A stretch of 64,000 nt of DNA from Coriobacteriales bacterium (lineage in GTDB: Bacteria > Actinomycetota > Coriobacteriia > Anaerosomatales > JACRBU01): contig JACRBU010000157.1 in assembly GCA_016213085.1 (NCBI GenBank), positions 1,065 through 65,064 of the forward strand. The letters are read 5' to 3'. Every line of letters begins with the position of its first letter. Positions within the stretch are counted from its first letter, which is position 1. Positions 52,582-60,971 of this stretch are shown here, piece after piece. A program made the position numbers and the translations under genes. Below the pieces are notes generated by a model that saw only the letters and a program-made list of their open reading frames with translations, had not been told where the DNA came from and ran no database searches.

Positions 52582-53931
52582 ATGTCGAAGCGCGTCCTTA
52601 TCGTGGACGACGAGAAGAACATGCGGTGGGTGCTGGGCCAGGCGCTCTCGGGCGAGGGTTTCGAGGTCGTCGACGCGGCGGACGGCAAAGGCGCCCTCGC
52701 CTCCGTCTCCGACCAGGCGCCCGACATCATGATCCTCGATCACCGCATGCCCGAACCGGACGGGATGGAGGTCCTGCGCCGGGTGCGCGGGAAGGGCCAG
52801 ACGTTCCCGATCATCATGCTCACGGCTCACGGCAACGTCGCCCAAGCGGTCGAGGCGATGAAGGCTGGCGCGAACGAGTACCTCACGAAGCCATTCGACC
52901 TGGAGGAACTCAAGCTCGCGATCGACAAGGCCCTCCAGTACTCCGATCTGGCCAACGAGGTCGAGAGACTTCGCCAGGAGCTCGACCGGGAGTACGACGT
53001 CGAGGGCATCGTCGCGTCGGACCAGCGGATGATCGAGGTCATCGAGACCGTTCGGAAGGTGGCGCCCACGAACGCCACGGCGATCATCTACGGTGAGTCC
53101 GGCACGGGCAAGGAGCTGATCGCCCGCGCTCTGCACAACCTCTCGGACCGGGCCAACAAGCCGTTCGTGTCCGTGAGCGCTGGAGCGCTGCCCGACACCC
53201 TTCTCGAGAGCGAGCTCTTCGGCTTCGAAAAGGGCGCGTTCACCGGCGCGGTGACCGCCAAACCGGGTCGCTTCGAGATGGCCAACGGCGGCACGCTGTT
53301 CCTTGACGAGATCGGCGACATCTCTACGGCCACGCAAGTGAAGCTCCTTCGAGTCCTGCAGGAGCGGACGTTCGAGCGCCTCGGCGGCACTCGCACGATC
53401 GACATCGACGTCCGGGTGGTAGCAGCCACGAATCAGGACCTCCAACAGCTCATCGCCGATGGCGGTTTCCGCGAGGACCTCTACTACCGTCTCAACGTCG
53501 TGCCGATCACGCTGCCGCCTCTCAGGCAGCGTTCAGGTGACATCCCGCTCCTCGTCGCTCACTTTCTCGAGAAGTACAACGCCGGGAGCATGCGGATCAC
53601 CCCCGAGGCCATGGAAGCGCTCGTGACCTACCAGTGGCCGGGGAATATCCGCGAACTCGAGAACAGCATCGAGCGGATCGTGATCTTGACCCACCACGAC
53701 GAGATCGGATTGGATGACCTCCCCGCCGAGGTACGAGCGGGCATGTCACCCACCCAGCGGATGCCCTCCGGATTCCAGCTTCCCGAGGATGGAGTGGATC
53801 TCGAGGAGGTTGAGCTGGACCTGGTGCGTCAGGCCCTCGACAGGACCGGCGGTAGCGCCCCGAAGGCGGCCAAGCTACTGGGGCTGACGGCGAAGACTCT
53901 GGAGGCGCGTATGGCGCGTCTCGGGCTCTAG
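52582..53931 (+). CDS. Sigma-54-dependent response regulator (NtrC family: REC, AAA+, Fis-type HTH)
   Basis: REC domain (ILIVDDE...ILDHRMP), Walker A GESGTGKE, the GAFTGA loop (EKGAFTGAV) and a C-terminal HTH (AAKLLGLTAKTLEARM). Confidence 0.93.
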   Translation: MSKRVLIVDDEKNMRWVLGQALSGEGFEVVDAADGKGALASVSDQAPDIMILDHRMPEPDGMEVLRRVRGKGQTFPIIMLTAHGNVAQAVEAMKAGANEYLTKPFDLEELKLAIDKALQYSDLANEVERLRQELDREYDVEGIVASDQRMIEVIETVRKVAPTNATAIIYGESGTGKELIARALHNLSDRANKPFVSVSAGALPDTLLESELFGFEKGAFTGAVTAKPGRFEMANGGTLFLDEIGDISTATQVKLLRVLQERTFERLGGTRTIDIDVRVVAATNQDLQQLIADGGFREDLYYRLNVVPITLPPLRQRSGDIPLLVAHFLEKYNAGSMRITPEAMEALVTYQWPGNIRELENSIERIVILTHHDEIGLDDLPAEVRAGMSPTQRMPSGFQLPEDGVDLEEVELDLVRQALDRTGGSAPKAAKLLGLTAKTLEARMARLGL

Positions 53932-53961
53932 TCCCGCTCTCTTCCTGATGGCGGGAACCTC

Positions 53962-53977
53962 TGGCACATGGATTGCA
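53962..53977 (+). promoter_or_regulatory. Sigma-54 promoter TGGCAC-ATGGA-TTGCA (consensus -24/-12)
   Basis: Exact match to TGGCAC-N5-TTGCA, 30 nt after the EBP stop and 42 nt before the GTG at 54019. GGAG lies 8 nt before the start. Confidence 0.75.
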
Positions 53978-54018
53978 CTCTTCAGCGCCCGTAGGACGCT
54001 AACGAACGGAGTCGCCGC

Positions 54019-54354
54019 GTGGCCAGAAAGCCGCTGCTCAGAATCGCTGCAGCAGCCCTTGGCGGGCTTGCTGTCGCCACGGTGCTCCTCGCTATCACCC
54101 TCGTCGTCAACGCGGGCGGCGGTTTCTCGGGAACGACCGCTGCCACGCCGCTTGGCTGGACGATCCCGCTCATCGCGGGGGTTCTCGTCGGCGGCCTCGC
54201 GTGGCTGCTTCTCTCGGACCGACCGGCGCGCGGTGGGAGGGAGAACCCTCCCACGTCGATCGCGTGCGCATCATGCGGCAAGGCCTGCCTCGACTCGTGG
54301 CGCCTGTGCCCCTTCTGCGGCACGCTGCTCCGACAGTCCAGCGGCGACCAGTAG
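54019..54354 (+). CDS. Small two-TM membrane protein with a C-terminal zinc-ribbon (CxxC...CxxC)
   Basis: 111 aa with two hydrophobic helices followed by CASCGKACLDSWRLCPFCG. Confidence 0.6.
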   Translation: MARKPLLRIAAAALGGLAVATVLLAITLVVNAGGGFSGTTAATPLGWTIPLIAGVLVGGLAWLLLSDRPARGGRENPPTSIACASCGKACLDSWRLCPFCGTLLRQSSGDQ

Positions 54355-54401
54355 GGCCAGCCGAGATCTTCTCATTCATCGCGCTGAATCAGGCGCACCT
54401 C

Positions 54402-54417
54402 TGGCACGTACTTCGCA
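54402..54417 (+). promoter_or_regulatory. Second sigma-54 promoter TGGCAC-GTACT-TCGCA
   Basis: GG-N10-GC is preserved, with one mismatch in the -12 element. It shares the extended CCTCTGGCAC with the first promoter. It lies 62 nt before the GTG at 54479, which is preceded by GAGGA. Confidence 0.6.
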
Positions 54418-54478
54418 GAAACCGACGTGTACGCGGTCGCGTCCGTGCGCCCGCTGGTGCTCGGAACTTGAGGACTGA

Positions 54479-54925
54479 GTGAACGTCACGAAGGACAGCA
54501 GCACTGAATCGGCCTATCGCGAGGGACTCGGCTATGGCGGGCAGTCCGTCGCGGTAGCGGTCGCTTCCGCGCTCCTGCTGTTCACCGTGGTCGGCCTCGT
54601 CGCGTCGCGGACGTCCGTCCGCCTCGGTTCCGCCTCGTGGGGGACGTCGCGCGGAGTCGCCATCGGTGTGCCGGCCTCGCAGGCACGGGCCCTCGAGCCT
54701 GTCGTTCAGACGATCGATGCCCCTCAACTCAACGGCGACAGTCTCAACGGCAGCTTCATGCTCACGGTCCCCGCACGCCGAGAGGTGCTCGTCGACATCG
54801 GTGTACCGGTGTCGTGTCCCGGCGGCGGGAAGTCCACCGCGATTCTCATCCCAGCTCTCGAGCCCGGTCATCACGTCCTCAACGTCGGCCTTCACGAGAT
54901 TGTTGTCACCGCGGTGGAGGAGTAG
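54479..54925 (+). CDS. Hypothetical N-terminally anchored extracytoplasmic protein
   Basis: 148 aa with a TM helix (VAVAVASALLLFTVVGLVA) followed by a beta-rich domain. No domain I recognise. Confidence 0.45.
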   Translation: MNVTKDSSTESAYREGLGYGGQSVAVAVASALLLFTVVGLVASRTSVRLGSASWGTSRGVAIGVPASQARALEPVVQTIDAPQLNGDSLNGSFMLTVPARREVLVDIGVPVSCPGGGKSTAILIPALEPGHHVLNVGLHEIVVTAVEE

Positions 54926-54932
54926 CCCGAAA

Positions 54933-54948
54933 ATACCGTATGGGGTAT
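54933..54948. promoter_or_regulatory. ATACC-N4-GGGGTAT inverted repeat overlapping a TATACT -10 upstream of ccdA; candidate CsoR-family operator
   Basis: ATACCGTATGGGGTAT, with TATACT at 54946-54951. A second partial site, GATACCCCCT at 54964-54973, is identical to the left arm of the 48569 operator. Confidence 0.35.
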
Positions 54949-54988
54949 ACTGAGACCGCCCTGGATACCCCCTCGGAATGCGAGTGAC

Positions 54989-55717
54989 ATGACCAGCTCC
55001 GTGAGTCTTGGTGCCGCGTTCGTCGCAGGACTGCTGTCGTTCCTCTCTCCATGCGTGCTCCCGCTGATTCCCGCGTACCTGTCGTTCATGACGGGCTTGA
55101 CCACAGCCGAACTGGCCGGCAACGAGCGCCCGACCGCGAAGATCCTGACCGCTGCGGTGCTCTTCGTCGCCGGTTTCTCGATCGTGTTCGTTGGTCTGGG
55201 CGCCTCGGCATCGGTCCTCGGGGGCTTCCTGGATGCCTACAGGGACCTGATCACGAGAGTGTTCGGGGTGCTGGTGATCGCGTGCGGCGTCCTGATGCTC
55301 GGGGTGATCAGGGTTCCGTGGCTCTACGGTGAGATGCGGCCCGACATGAATCGTGCGAGTTCGTTCGGCACGTGGGCGGCTCTGGTCATGGGCATGGCGT
55401 TCGCCGCCGGTTGGACGCCGTGCGTGGGACCGATCCTCGGCGTGATCCTGGGGCTCGCCGGTTCGTACGGCAGCGCGTCTGCGGGAGCGCTGCTCCTGCT
55501 GGCGTATTCGCTTGGACTGGGGATCCCGTTCATCGCGGTGGCTGCGCTGTTCGGCAGCGCGAGGCCGCTCCTGCGCTGGCTCGGACGGCACAGCCTGGTG
55601 ATCAATCGGGTCGCCGGCTCGGTCCTCATCGCAGTCGGGCTGCTGCTTGTGACGGGCCAGTTCGGGTTCGTCGCGAGCTGGCTGTCCAGCGTGCTGCCAA
55701 AGACCTCGCTCGGTTAG
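54989..55717 (+). CDS. ccdA: Cytochrome c biogenesis / thiol-disulfide electron transporter CcdA (DsbD family)
   Basis: 242 aa with LSFLSPCVLPLIPAYLSF and a second conserved Cys (GWTPCVGPILG). Confidence 0.9.
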   Translation: MTSSVSLGAAFVAGLLSFLSPCVLPLIPAYLSFMTGLTTAELAGNERPTAKILTAAVLFVAGFSIVFVGLGASASVLGGFLDAYRDLITRVFGVLVIACGVLMLGVIRVPWLYGEMRPDMNRASSFGTWAALVMGMAFAAGWTPCVGPILGVILGLAGSYGSASAGALLLLAYSLGLGIPFIAVAALFGSARPLLRWLGRHSLVINRVAGSVLIAVGLLLVTGQFGFVASWLSSVLPKTSLG

Positions 55718-55804
55718 CTGACTGCCCTAGGCTACCTGCTCTATCATGTACGAGGGGGGACGGCCGAGGCGGCCGCGCCATAGCGACTAGATCCGAGGGC
55801 CCGA

Positions 55805-58800
55805 ATGAGCCAGGAGCGGCGTCGTGGTCGCACGATAGCGACCGACATCGTCCAGGTGACGCTTGTGGTCGGCATCGTGATAGCCGTTGCCGCCGCGATC
55901 GTCGGGGTTACCGGCGCATCTAGGCTGGCCAGCGCGGAAGTGGTGTCGCAGCAGCGCGCGGGCATGCATCGCGTTGAAGACACCGCCGAGGTGCAGATCG
56001 CCGCGGCGGGTGTGATCGTCGAGCAAACCGCGGGCGCCGTGGGCGCCGCGAAGGACGTGAGCAGCGCCGCACAGCTCACCAAGTCGCTTGCAGGCTCCGA
56101 CGGAGCTCTCGAGTCTCTCACCCTCCTGGACGCGAACGGCAGGCCCCTGGGGTCCCGGGCCTCGTCGAACACCGAGAGGATTCCCCGCTCGATACTCGAG
56201 AGTTTCGCGCGTGCGTCTGCAAGTATCGTCGTTCAGGACACAGGCACGGACGGGACGCCGAATGTCTGGATCGCGCGCACGTCGATCATACGGTCCGGAG
56301 ACCCGGTCCTCGTGCTCGGCAAGGTCGACACTTCCTTCCTGACGAGCCTTGTCAGGGAGGCGGCTGCCGAGCAGCCCGGAAGCGCAGTACTGGTGATCGG
56401 ACCCGGCGGGCACATCGAGGCTGCCGCCGGTCCCGAACTCGATCTCGGCCGGGCGAAATGGACGCGCAGCGGTCGTGACGGCGTCGTGACCGCCAGGGCG
56501 ACGAACGGAACCCCGATGTCGGGGCTGTACACCCCCATCCACGGCATACCTGGGCTGAACTGGCGTGTCGCGCTCGTCCAGCCCCGCTCCGCGGTGGTTT
56601 CCGCGACCTTCCAGGCGGTCGGGCCCTCGATCGGCGTGCTCATACTCGGCGGACTCGTCGCACTCGCGATCGCCTGGGTCATCTCCGCGCAGCTCTCCGA
56701 CCCGCTGCGCTCGCTCGAGGAAGCCGCGTATCGTGCCGCCGAGGGGTCGTACGTGAAGCCGCTCAAGGCGGATCGCGACGACGAGGTCGGTCGGCTGGCC
56801 GATGCCTTCAACGCGGTCGCGATGAGACTCAACGCGCTACACGATCTCTCGCAGCTGCTGGCGAGCAGCACCCACCTCGATCAGGTGCTCGACGGCATCC
56901 TATCGGCGATGGAACACATCATCGGACCGGGTATCACGGCGATCTACCTGCTGGATGACTCGCGAGACCTTCTGAAGCCCGTGAGGGCCCACGGCGCGCA
57001 GCTTGACGTGCTGCCCTGCATGCCGGCGAGGGGAGAGGGATGGATCATCGAAGCGCTTTCGGCCATCGAGCCGCGGGTCGTGACGGGGCTTCCTGGCAGG
57101 CTTCGTGAGATTCTCCCGGGGCTCGCGCCCGAGCAGGCCCGCGAAGCGATCGCCATCCCGCTCGTGAGCGGCTACGAGGCGATCGGCGTGATCGTATACG
57201 TCTCCGAGTCGGAACGCGGGTTCACCGAAGCCGAGACCGAGATGCTGCGCACGTTCGCCGCCCAGGCCGCCGTGGCCGTCAACAACTCGAGGATGTTCGC
57301 GGAGGAGGGTGAGTCCCGGGAGATCGCGGAGACCCTCCAGGCCGTGGCCGAGGACCTGGTGGGCGCTGGCAACCTCGGCGAGGCGCTCGAGTCGGTCGTC
57401 GTGCGATTGCGCGATCTCTTCGGGGCGCGTGAGGTCCAGATCGCCTTCGTGGACCGGGCGTCCCTCGGGATGCCACCTTCGTTCGATCCGGCGCGCGAGG
57501 ATGCGCTCGTCACGATGGCGATCCGGACGCTGGCGCTCGGCGAGGCCGACTCGCCGACGACCATCCCGAAGGGTGTCGACGCCGAAGCCGATGCGCTCCT
57601 CGACCGCCATGGCGCATCGGAGCTGTTGGTCGTTCCGACGGGCATGTCCAGCGGACACGGCGCCGTGCTTGTGGTCGTGCCCGGTCCCGGGGGCGTGAGG
57701 CCGAGGGACATCGAGCTCGCGGACGCGGTGTCGGACGAGATCGCTCTCGCACTCGACAACGCCTACTTCTACGAGCGCGCGATCACGCGCGCCTCGAACC
57801 TCGAGACGATCTTCAGGATCAGCCAGGCGCTGAGCTCCTCGCTGCAGTTCAACATCGTGCTCAACCGCGTGCTCGACGTGGTCCAGAAGATCTTCTCTGC
57901 GGACGCGGTGTGGTTGCTCACGTACGATCGCCCGCGGCGCGTGCTTCGCACGGAGATGGCCCGCGGCACCGTGTCCTCGGAGATCCTCGATCTGTCCCTT
58001 CGGCCGGGTGAGGACGTCTTCGGATTCGTCTACGAGAGCGGCGAACCAGGCACGTTCCGTTCGATCGCACCGGACAGCGCCGGCGTACAGAGGATCGCGT
58101 ACTCCCTCGGGCTGAGGGCGATGCTGGCCGTCCCGCTTCTCGCTCGAGGTCGCTCTATCGGAGTGCTGGCGATCCTGTCGTCCGAGCAGAACGCGTTCTC
58201 CGACGAGGATCTCAGCGTGCTTCAGACCTTCGCGGCCCAAGCGTCGCTGGCGATCGACACCGCACGCCTCTACAGCCACGAGCACGAAGTCGCGACGATC
58301 CTCCAGCGCAGCATCACCCCCGAGGCGCTTCCGGAACTCGCCGAAGTGGAGACGGGCTCGGTCTACGTGCCGGTGGGGCCGGACAGCGAGATCGGCGGCG
58401 ACTACTACGACATGATGCGCGCCCCGGACGGGTCGATCGTCTTCGCCATCGGCGACGTGGTCGGCAAGGGCATCATCGCCGCCACCAAGACATCGATGAT
58501 CAAGTACTCGGTGCGGGCGCTTGTCGCTGCGGGGCTCGGTCCCGCGTTGGTCCTGCGAGAAGTCAACCGCATGGTCGCCGAGTCCGGAGACGCGGGCGAC
58601 ATCGTCACGCTGTGGCTCGGCCAATACGATTCGACCACCCGTCGGCTGAGATGGGCGAGTGGAGGACATCCCCCGGGGCTGAGCCTGCGGGCGCAGGGTG
58701 GAATCGAGCCGCTCGTGGCCACCGGGCCTCTCTTGGGAGTCATGCCCGATGTCGACTACGATGAGGAGTCTGTGTCTGTCGACCCCGGGGACACGGTCCT

Positions 58801-59071
58801 CCTCTACACCGACGGTGTCACCGAGGCCCGCGCTGGCTCGAAGTTCTTCGGGGAGGAGCAGGTACGCCGTACGCTCGAGGCGGGCGGGACGTGCGAGGAT
58901 ATCGTTCAACGTTTGATGGCTGCTGTCCGATTGTTTGCAGAAGGAGACCTGCGCGACGACGTTGCCATCGTGGCTGTACGTTTCACCGGTCGGGTCTCGA
59001 ATACAGCCGAAATCGGGACGGTGGACTCGACCGTACGAGGGGAATCTTCAGAAGCATGGCCTTCGACATAG
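55805..59071 (+). CDS. Membrane-bound sensor phosphatase: extracytoplasmic domain, HAMP, multiple GAF domains, PP2C/SpoIIE
   Basis: 1088 aa with two TM helices flanking a region of about 250 aa. HAMP (DEVGRLADAFNAVAMRL), GAF-like repeats, and a C-terminal SpoIIE domain (GGDYYD, GDVVGKG, YTDGVTEA). Confidence 0.88.
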   Translation: MSQERRRGRTIATDIVQVTLVVGIVIAVAAAIVGVTGASRLASAEVVSQQRAGMHRVEDTAEVQIAAAGVIVEQTAGAVGAAKDVSSAAQLTKSLAGSDGALESLTLLDANGRPLGSRASSNTERIPRSILESFARASASIVVQDTGTDGTPNVWIARTSIIRSGDPVLVLGKVDTSFLTSLVREAAAEQPGSAVLVIGPGGHIEAAAGPELDLGRAKWTRSGRDGVVTARATNGTPMSGLYTPIHGIPGLNWRVALVQPRSAVVSATFQAVGPSIGVLILGGLVALAIAWVISAQLSDPLRSLEEAAYRAAEGSYVKPLKADRDDEVGRLADAFNAVAMRLNALHDLSQLLASSTHLDQVLDGILSAMEHIIGPGITAIYLLDDSRDLLKPVRAHGAQLDVLPCMPARGEGWIIEALSAIEPRVVTGLPGRLREILPGLAPEQAREAIAIPLVSGYEAIGVIVYVSESERGFTEAETEMLRTFAAQAAVAVNNSRMFAEEGESREIAETLQAVAEDLVGAGNLGEALESVVVRLRDLFGAREVQIAFVDRASLGMPPSFDPAREDALVTMAIRTLALGEADSPTTIPKGVDAEADALLDRHGASELLVVPTGMSSGHGAVLVVVPGPGGVRPRDIELADAVSDEIALALDNAYFYERAITRASNLETIFRISQALSSSLQFNIVLNRVLDVVQKIFSADAVWLLTYDRPRRVLRTEMARGTVSSEILDLSLRPGEDVFGFVYESGEPGTFRSIAPDSAGVQRIAYSLGLRAMLAVPLLARGRSIGVLAILSSEQNAFSDEDLSVLQTFAAQASLAIDTARLYSHEHEVATILQRSITPEALPELAEVETGSVYVPVGPDSEIGGDYYDMMRAPDGSIVFAIGDVVGKGIIAATKTSMIKYSVRALVAAGLGPALVLREVNRMVAESGDAGDIVTLWLGQYDSTTRRLRWASGGHPPGLSLRAQGGIEPLVATGPLLGVMPDVDYDEESVSVDPGDTVLLYTDGVTEARAGSKFFGEEQVRRTLEAGGTCEDIVQRLMAAVRLFAEGDLRDDVAIVAVRFTGRVSNTAEIGTVDSTVRGESSEAWPST

Positions 59072-59844
59072 ACTTCGAAATCGGCTCGGACACGTGCGTG
59101 GCTCGGCTTGCGGGTGATATCGACATCGCGGTCGTGCCGGCGTTGCGGGCAGACATGGACGCTGCCCTCGAGGCGGGCTGCCGAAGCGTCGTGCTGGACT
59201 TGAGCGATGTCGCCTACGCCGACAGCTCGGCTCTTGGGCTTCTGGTCTGGCTCGATCATCGCCTCAGGCCGGTCGGCGGCCGGCTCGTGCGGGCCGGAGC
59301 CAACGATGACGTCGCCCGCATCCTCGAGCTCTCAGGGCTTGTCCAGGTAGCCGCATCGGTTCAGATGAGTTCGTCTGTGGCCTCGGCGCTCGAAGGGCTG
59401 CAACTTCCCGAGCTCGCGCATGAACCGCTCTGGAGCAAGAGCATCGACATGGTCGCCGCGGTCGAGAACCTCGGATCGGTGCGCGAGGAGGTCGTCGCGA
59501 TCCTCGGCTCCCTCGGCTTTGCCGACTCGGCGCTCTTCGACATCAAGGTCGCGCTCGGAGAGGCGCTGGCGAACGCTGTCCGCCATGGGGCCCCTGCCGA
59601 TGGCTCCGGCGAGGTCCGTGTCGAAGTCGTCGCGTATGACGACCGGATCGTGCTCGAGGTCATGGACAACGGGATCGGCTTCAACGGGCAGCACGCCGGC
59701 AGTGACGACGTCTATGCACCCTCGGGGCGCGGCATCATGTTCATGCGCGCGTTGATGGATCGGGTCGAGTTCGACCACTCGCCGCTCGGCGGCACCAAGG
59801 TGCGGCTCGTCAAGCACCGTCCTGTCGCCGGCGCGCCTCGCTGA
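59056..59844 (+). CDS. Fusion of a STAS anti-sigma-antagonist domain and an RsbW-like HATPase anti-sigma kinase domain
   Basis: The ATG at 59056 overlaps the phosphatase gene by 16 nt. The STAS domain (VLDLSDVAYADSSALGLLV) is followed by the kinase domain (ALGEALANAVRHG...DNGIGF...GRGIMFMRALMD). Confidence 0.8.
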   Translation: MAFDIDFEIGSDTCVARLAGDIDIAVVPALRADMDAALEAGCRSVVLDLSDVAYADSSALGLLVWLDHRLRPVGGRLVRAGANDDVARILELSGLVQVAASVQMSSSVASALEGLQLPELAHEPLWSKSIDMVAAVENLGSVREEVVAILGSLGFADSALFDIKVALGEALANAVRHGAPADGSGEVRVEVVAYDDRIVLEVMDNGIGFNGQHAGSDDVYAPSGRGIMFMRALMDRVEFDHSPLGGTKVRLVKHRPVAGAPR

Positions 59845-59848
59845 GGCG

Positions 59849-60961
59849 ATGGCGAAACGTCCCACAAAGATACTGCTCTTCTCGGCTTCTTTCGGCGGTG
59901 GGCACAAAGCGGCCGCCGAAGCGTTGCTTCGCTACTTCGAGGAGCGCCATGGGGGCGACGTCGAGGTGCGCATCGTCGACTTCTTCCGCGAGTTCCTGCC
60001 GTCCGTCAACGTTCTCGGCCGGTTCGCATACGACCAGTCGGTGACCTTCTTCCCGACGCTCTACGGGAACTTCTTCGAGCTTTCCAATCGCCTGCCCACC
60101 AACCCTGTCGTACACGAGTTGAAGACCACGGGATACTTCAAGGCCTCACGCTACATCGACGAGTTCGAGCCTGACGCGATCGTGTCGACGTTTCCGGTCG
60201 CCGGAGGCGTGGTCGCGGACATGAAGGAGGACCGTCCCGTCGTCGCCGCGACCGTCATCACCGACTTCGGGGTCCACCGGGCATGGCTGCACCCTTCGAC
60301 CGACCTCTACTTCGTGCCATCGAAGGAGGTCCGGGAGGACCTCGTGGTCCGTGGCGTTCCGTGGAATCGTGTCGTCGTGTCGGGAATCCCGGTCGCAGAG
60401 AAGTTCTCGGCGACCCAGGACAAGGCGGCCGCGCGTCGGGATCTCGGCCTGGCCGACCGCTTCACGGTGATCGTGACGAGCGCTGCCGGCAGCGTGAGCG
60501 ACCTGCGCGAGATCGTCGGCCAACTGGGCAACAGCGGTGTCCAGGTGCTCGCAGTGACCGGACGGAACACCCGCATGTTCCGTCGGCTCGAGCCTCTCTG
60601 TGAGGTGCTGAATCTCGTGCGCGTGTTCGCGTATCGCGATGACATGGATACAATCATGCATGCGTCCGACCTGCTCGTCGGAAAGGCCGGTGGCCTGACA
60701 GTGTCGGAAGCGCTGGCCGTGGGGATGCCGCTTATCATCTACAACCCCGTGCCTGGTCAGGAAATGTACAACGTGGACTTTCTCGTCAACTACGGGGCGG
60801 GGATGTGGGCCCGCGACGCCGAAGACGTTGTCGAGAAGGTGCGCTTCCTGGCAACGCACCCCACGAGATTGAGCCAGATGGCCGAGAACGCCGCGACGCT
60901 CGGGCGTCCGAAAGCGGTACAGACGATCGCCGAGCGTGTGCTCGCAGCTGTCGAGCGTTGA
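59849..60961 (+). CDS. MGDG-synthase/UgtP-family (GT28) diacylglycerol glycosyltransferase
   Basis: 370 aa with the N-terminal ILLFSASFGGGHKAAAEAL and a C-terminal GKAGGLTVSEALAVGMPLI. Confidence 0.85.
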   Translation: MAKRPTKILLFSASFGGGHKAAAEALLRYFEERHGGDVEVRIVDFFREFLPSVNVLGRFAYDQSVTFFPTLYGNFFELSNRLPTNPVVHELKTTGYFKASRYIDEFEPDAIVSTFPVAGGVVADMKEDRPVVAATVITDFGVHRAWLHPSTDLYFVPSKEVREDLVVRGVPWNRVVVSGIPVAEKFSATQDKAAARRDLGLADRFTVIVTSAAGSVSDLREIVGQLGNSGVQVLAVTGRNTRMFRRLEPLCEVLNLVRVFAYRDDMDTIMHASDLLVGKAGGLTVSEALAVGMPLIIYNPVPGQEMYNVDFLVNYGAGMWARDAEDVVEKVRFLATHPTRLSQMAENAATLGRPKAVQTIAERVLAAVER

Positions 60962-60971
60962 GGGGGACACG

